From: an uncultured Lachnospiraceae bacterium
GTDB taxonomy: Bacteria; Bacillota; Clostridia; Christensenellales; UBA1242
NCBI GenBank assembly: GCA_964400145.1
Contig: CAYNTF010000002.1
Coordinates: 65,164-129,163, forward strand
Reading direction: 5' to 3'
DNA: 64,000 nt
Position numbers and translations under genes: made by a program. Below are positions 59,089 to 64,000 of this stretch, piece after piece. Numbering within the stretch: position 1 is the first letter of the stretch; each line of letters begins with the position of its first letter. Under the pieces are notes generated by a model. The model was not told the DNA's origin. It worked only from the letters and a program-made list of their open reading frames with translations, and searched no databases.

Positions 59089-61719
59089 ATGAGTAAAAAA
59101 GACGAAGAAGAGAGAAGAAAAAATCTGAAAGAAGTTTTGGAAAAAGAGAAAGTTCAACCAATGGAAGTTGTTGGCGAACTGAAAAAATCTTTCATTGCCT
59201 ATGCCATGGCAGTGAATGTCAGCCGTGCAATTCCAGATGTGCGAGATGGTTTGAAACCTGTGCACAGAAGAATTTTGTATTCCATGGGCGAACTTAACAA
59301 CTTCTATAACAACCCGCACAAAAAGTCGGCAAGAATTGTCGGTGAAGTTATGGGTAAGTATCACCCACATGGCGACAGTTCAATTTATGACGCTCTTGTC
59401 CGCTTGGCACAAGATTTTTCCATTCGTTATCCACTTGTCGACGGACATGGTAACTTCGGTTCTGTGGATGGCGACCCTGCCGCTGCAATGCGTTACACCG
59501 AAGCACGTCTTTCAAAGATTGCTGGGCTTATGCTTCAAGACATCGACAAAGAAACGGTGGACTTCTATCCAAACTTCGACGACACTCTCATGCAACCATC
59601 TGTTTTGCCTTCAAAATTTCCAAATCTTCTCGTCAATGGTGCAGACGGCATTGCTGTTGGTATGGCAACAAACATTCCACCACACAACCTAACAGAAGTC
59701 ATCAACGGCGTTCAAGCCCTGATTGACAATCCTGATATCGACATTGACGAACTTATCAAAATCATCCCTGCCCCAGACTATCCAACGGGTGGCATAATCA
59801 TGGGACGCACAGCGGTTAAACACGCCTACAAAACCGGGCGTGGCGGAATTTTGGTGCGTGGTCGCGCCGAAATTGAAGAAACTTCGTCAGGAAGAGAGCG
59901 TATTGTCATCACCGAAATTCCTTATGGCGTCAACAAAGCACGCTTCATAACACAAATTGCCGACCTTGTGAAAAATAAGAAAATTGAAGGAATAAGCGAC
60001 CTTCGCGACGAAAGTGACCGCGACGGACTTCGCGTCATTGTGGACATCAAGAAAGAAGCCAATGCGCAAGTTGTTCTCAATTTGTTATACAAACACACCA
60101 TGCTTCAACAAAGCAGTGGAATGATTATGCTGGCGCTCGTCAATGGCGTTCCAAAAGTGCTAAATCTCAAAGAGATGCTATATTACTATCTTGAACATCA
60201 AAAAGAAGTTGTTGTTCGAAAGACAAAATATGACCTCAGAAAAGCGCAAGAGCGCGAGCATATCGTCAAAGGACTTGTCATTGCACTTGCAAACATCGAC
60301 GAAGTTGTGCAAATCATCAAGCAGTCAAAAGACAGACAAGAAGCATGCGTGAATTTGACAGCAAATTTTGAACTTGACGAAATTCAAGCCAATGCAATTT
60401 TGGAAATGAAACTTTCCCGCCTGACAAGTTTGGAAGTGGACAAATTGAAAGAAGAATTGGCGCAACTTGAAGCAACAATTCTTGACCTTAAAGATATTCT
60501 TGAAAAGCCAGAACGCGTGCTTAAAATCATTCGCGACGACTTGGAAAGCGTTAAAACCACATTCGGTGACGCCCGCAAGACAGAAATTTCCATGGAAATG
60601 GGCGGAATTGATATTGAAGACCTGATTGCAGAAGAAGATGTCATAATTTCCATGACATATGAAGGCTATATTAAACGCATGTCAGTGGACGAATATAAAT
60701 CTCAGCATCGTGGTGGAGTTGGCATCACCGCCCACAAAACCAAAGATGAAGACTTTGTCATTCGAATGTATGTTGCTTCCACCCATGATGACCTGCTCTT
60801 CTTCACCAATTTGGGCAAGGTTTATTCTGCGAAGGCGTATGAAATTCCAGAAGCACAACGACAAGCAAAAGGTCGCGCAATGATCAACCTTTTGCAACTT
60901 TCTCTTGGCGAAAAAGTGACCGAAATCATCCCTATGAAAAAAGATGCATCTGGAAACCTTGTTTTAGCAACAAAGAACGGACTTATCAAAAAGACCCCGC
61001 TCAAAGAATATGAAAACATACGAAAAGGCGGAAAAATCGCCATCAAACTTTTGGAAGGTGACGAACTTATTTCTGCAAAAATCACGCAAGGTCGTGATGA
61101 TATTTTGATTGCCACACACAACGGCAAGTGCATACGCTTCATCGAAACAGATGTCCGAACGGTTGGTCGTGACAGTCAAGGCGTAAAGAGCATAAAACTC
61201 TCTGGCGACGACTTTGTTGTCAGCATGGAAATTGTGCACGATGGAACAGAAATCTTGACTATCTCCGAAAAGGGCTATGGCAAACTGAGCTCAGTTGACG
61301 AATTCCGACTTCAACAGCGTGGCGGAATGGGAATAAAAGCCGGCGTATTCAACGAAAAGACAGGCAAACTTAACTCCTTAATGCAAATTGAATATCCATG
61401 CGACCTTTTGGTGATAACCAACAGCGGAGTGATAATCCGAACGCCTGTTGACGACATCAGCCACTTCTCTCGCCTAAGCCAAGGTGTGAAGATTATGAAA
61501 CTGAAAAACGACGCGCAAATCACCTGCGTGGCACTGACAGATAAAGAAGTGAACGCTGACGAAAACTCAGGATTGACTGACGCCAACATTGAATCAGAAA
61601 TTATTGAAGCAGACAACTCACAAGAGAATGGTGAAGTTGAATTATCTATCGACAATGAAGAAAATGGACAAAATGCCGAAATGACTGTCGACAATAAAGA
61701 AGATGAACAAAACGAATAA
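59089..61719 (+). CDS. gyrA: DNA gyrase subunit A (acidic C-terminal tail)
   Basis: [26 protein letters not shown], the active-site region [10 protein letters not shown], and the GyrA-box beta-pinwheel C-terminal domain. Confidence 0.97.
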   Translation: MSKKDEEERRKNLKEVLEKEKVQPMEVVGELKKSFIAYAMAVNVSRAIPDVRDGLKPVHRRILYSMGELNNFYNNPHKKSARIVGEVMGKYHPHGDSSIYDALVRLAQDFSIRYPLVDGHGNFGSVDGDPAAAMRYTEARLSKIAGLMLQDIDKETVDFYPNFDDTLMQPSVLPSKFPNLLVNGADGIAVGMATNIPPHNLTEVINGVQALIDNPDIDIDELIKIIPAPDYPTGGIIMGRTAVKHAYKTGRGGILVRGRAEIEETSSGRERIVITEIPYGVNKARFITQIADLVKNKKIEGISDLRDESDRDGLRVIVDIKKEANAQVVLNLLYKHTMLQQSSGMIMLALVNGVPKVLNLKEMLYYYLEHQKEVVVRKTKYDLRKAQEREHIVKGLVIALANIDEVVQIIKQSKDRQEACVNLTANFELDEIQANAILEMKLSRLTSLEVDKLKEELAQLEATILDLKDILEKPERVLKIIRDDLESVKTTFGDARKTEISMEMGGIDIEDLIAEEDVIISMTYEGYIKRMSVDEYKSQHRGGVGITAHKTKDEDFVIRMYVASTHDDLLFFTNLGKVYSAKAYEIPEAQRQAKGRAMINLLQLSLGEKVTEIIPMKKDASGNLVLATKNGLIKKTPLKEYENIRKGGKIAIKLLEGDELISAKITQGRDDILIATHNGKCIRFIETDVRTVGRDSQGVKSIKLSGDDFVVSMEIVHDGTEILTISEKGYGKLSSVDEFRLQQRGGMGIKAGVFNEKTGKLNSLMQIEYPCDLLVITNSGVIIRTPVDDISHFSRLSQGVKIMKLKNDAQITCVALTDKEVNADENSGLTDANIESEIIEADNSQENGEVELSIDNEENGQNAEMTVDNKEDEQNE

Positions 61720-61804
61720 CCAACAATCCTTTTAAGCGGTTGTTTCACAAAGCATTCCAAACAAAAAGAAAAATCAAAAAAAACACTAACTTTGGAGAGA
61801 ATAT

Positions 61805-63868
61805 ATGGATAAAAAAGTGCTGGAACAAGAGAAGGCATATTTAAACAAAGTTTTTGTGAAAATTGACGAAAATGCAGATATAAACAAGAAGAAACTTAAA
61901 CGAAATCAAGATAAAATTCAATCTTTTAAGGAGTTTTTCGCCGAGAATTATTATGATATCAAAGATGACGAAGCGGACGATGAGATTGCACAAATAAATT
62001 TACAAATTGAAAATTTAGAAAACCAAAACATTCTCTTAAAGCGACTGACAGACAGACTTAAAAGGCAGAAAAAAAATCCGTATTTTGGCCGTTTTGATTT
62101 CCAAAGTGTTCAAGACAACTCACCTAAAAAATATTACATCGGATTGGGACTTATTCAAGACGAAGACAAAAACAATTTCGTCTACGATTGGCGTGCAGAC
62201 ATTTGTTCTCTATACTACGACGATAAAATCGGAAAAACAGCATACACCTGCCCCGATGGAGAAATTAGCGGAGAAGTCACCCTAAAAAGACAATATAAAA
62301 TTGAAAGTGGTGCGCTGAAATATTATATCAACAGCAATTTGGTCATCGACGACGACATTTTGATGGAACAACTTTCTCGCAATGCCACATCAAAAATGCA
62401 CGAAATTGTTTCGACAATTCAAAAAGAACAAAATGTGCTCATTCGTGCCGACGATTTTTCGAATATAATAGTTCAAGGTGTGGCTGGTTCTGGAAAGACT
62501 TCCATTGCAATGCACCGCGTTTCGTATCTGTTATACAAATATCGCGACAAACTCAAAAGCGAAGATATTTTGATTCTTTCGCCATCCGACCTTTTCTCAA
62601 ATTATCTCAGCGAAGTTCTTCCATCGCTTGGAGAAGAAAAATCTTTCACAACAACATTCGCAGAAATGGCAAGAAGGCTCTTGGGCATGGATTTTGAAAG
62701 CAGAGAAGACATGCTTGACCGCGTGAGCGGAAAACAATCACAGGAAGATTTAAACGAAATTGCCATAAAAGCAAGTTTTGAATTTTTGGAAGATTTGAAA
62801 ACTTTTCTTAACGAAATATTGTGCAAACTTTTCATACCAAAGACGATGGTTTTTGGCGATGTTGTCATCACCAAAGAAGAGTTGAGCGACATATACTTCA
62901 ACAAACTAAACGGACTTGCGATTTATAAACGCATTGATGTTTTGGCAGATTATATCTCAGAAAAGTTCAATGTTTCCACGGCAAATCGCCCTGATTTGAC
63001 CAAACGCGCCAAAAAGATTTTATATAACAAATTTTTGACAAGCGACATTTTAAAGATTTACAATCTCTTTTTGGAAAGCGTCGAACTTAAAACTATTGAA
63101 AAGATTGGTTCCTATGATGTTGCGCCAATGCTTTTGATTAAAGAAAATTTGTTTGGACTTAAAAACACCTATGACGCCAAATATATCATCGTCGACGAAA
63201 TGCAGGACTATACCCCTTGCCATTTTCATCTTTTTGATAAGATTTGGAAAGCACCAAAACTATACCTTGGTGACATCAACCAAAGCATAGACAGAACAAT
63301 TCCTGAAAACTATCTCAAAGACCTTGCCAACTTGACAAAAGCAAAAATCAAATATCTGACAAAATCATATCGTTCCACCATGCAAATATCCGTTTTCTCG
63401 CAAAGAATTTTGGGCAAACGAGTGGCGAATAATGTCAACCGAAACGGCGAAGATGTGGAATTTATCAAAACAAAAAATGTTTCAAAGCGAATTGAAAAAA
63501 TTCTGCAAGAGCGCAGTGGAAAAAGACAAAGCATTGCCATAATCTGTAAAACGGTTGAAGAAATCAAACGACTTCAAAAAGAAAGCGCTGAGATAAAAAA
63601 ATTCAAAGTCCTAAATGGCAACGAAATAAAATCAAAGAAGATAATCACCACCCCAGCAAAAGCAAAAGGTGTGGAATTTGATTGTGTGATTATCCCATTT
63701 GCCAATGACAAAAACTATAAAAATGAACTTGACCGCAATTTGCTCTATGTTGCTTCCACTCGCGCACTACACAAATTATATTTTTTATGCGATGAAAAAC
63801 CAAGCAAGTTTTTGGTTAAAACAAAGAAGCAAAAACAAAATGAAAAACAAAATCAAAATAAGAAATGA
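61805..63868 (+). CDS. helD: HelD-type UvrD-like helicase (RNA polymerase recycling ATPase)
   Basis: The N-terminal coiled coil is followed by NPYFGRFDF. Walker A is GVAGSGKTSIAMHRVSYLLY. The C-terminal motif is AKGVEFDCVIIP...LLYVASTRALHKLY. Confidence 0.8.
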   Translation: MDKKVLEQEKAYLNKVFVKIDENADINKKKLKRNQDKIQSFKEFFAENYYDIKDDEADDEIAQINLQIENLENQNILLKRLTDRLKRQKKNPYFGRFDFQSVQDNSPKKYYIGLGLIQDEDKNNFVYDWRADICSLYYDDKIGKTAYTCPDGEISGEVTLKRQYKIESGALKYYINSNLVIDDDILMEQLSRNATSKMHEIVSTIQKEQNVLIRADDFSNIIVQGVAGSGKTSIAMHRVSYLLYKYRDKLKSEDILILSPSDLFSNYLSEVLPSLGEEKSFTTTFAEMARRLLGMDFESREDMLDRVSGKQSQEDLNEIAIKASFEFLEDLKTFLNEILCKLFIPKTMVFGDVVITKEELSDIYFNKLNGLAIYKRIDVLADYISEKFNVSTANRPDLTKRAKKILYNKFLTSDILKIYNLFLESVELKTIEKIGSYDVAPMLLIKENLFGLKNTYDAKYIIVDEMQDYTPCHFHLFDKIWKAPKLYLGDINQSIDRTIPENYLKDLANLTKAKIKYLTKSYRSTMQISVFSQRILGKRVANNVNRNGEDVEFIKTKNVSKRIEKILQERSGKRQSIAIICKTVEEIKRLQKESAEIKKFKVLNGNEIKSKKIITTPAKAKGVEFDCVIIPFANDKNYKNELDRNLLYVASTRALHKLYFLCDEKPSKFLVKTKKQKQNEKQNQNKK

Positions 63869-64000
63869 TAGAAAGTCTTGCGCCTTGTTCTATATGAATG
63901 AATAATATATGCAAAAGTTTGCATAAATTTGAAACTCAAAAGCCAATTCCATATACAAAAATATGTATAAAAACAAAATGTAAAAATATGCAAAGAATGT

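Overview
AT-rich chromosomal window that looks like a small-genome, spore-former-derived Firmicute (Clostridia-like). Lineage cues are spoIIID, sigH, a SpoVB-like flippase, YwmB-like and M23 sporulation-neighbourhood genes, GGAGG Shine-Dalgarno sites and the standard genetic code. There are about 55 protein genes, and nearly all are housekeeping. They include mfd-pth plus a degenerate glmU-like gene, cca, recD2, cysS, comFC, hup, lepB, queH, prfA-prmC, rpmE, rpsF-ssb-rpsR, secA, ychF, mrnC-rlmB-(xre)-sigH, glnS, gyrB-gyrA and helD. Also present are a P-type ATPase, a GPH/MFS permease, rubrerythrin, and about a dozen orphan secreted or membrane proteins. There are two tRNA genes (Glu-UUC and initiator Met-CAU). 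I saw no transposase, integrase, CRISPR array, rRNA or recognisable defence gene. CDS coordinates include the stop codon. Several starts were moved downstream of the ORF-track start (often a TTG/GTG pseudo-start) to the ATG that has an SD. The most unusual object is the initiator-tRNA locus (56351-56749). An intact tRNA-fMet is followed by two almost identical 161-nt units, each re-supplying the tRNA 3' half from anticodon position 35 to CCA. Each unit also carries a terminator and a GC-rich two-hairpin module whose closing strand complements the initiator anticodon arm. Other second-look items: a phage-like XRE switch with a divergent consensus promoter that drives no intact ORF (52469-52695). 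Intergenic spacers are built from T/A tracts phased at about 10 bp and share near-identical words between loci. There is an 850-aa orphan protein with a 3x tandem repeat, a DUF1385-PrmC fusion, a motif-less GlmU-like protein, an SD-sequestering hairpin, and small orphan peptides. No searches or folding programs could be run. All family calls rest on motifs read by eye and recalled family knowledge.
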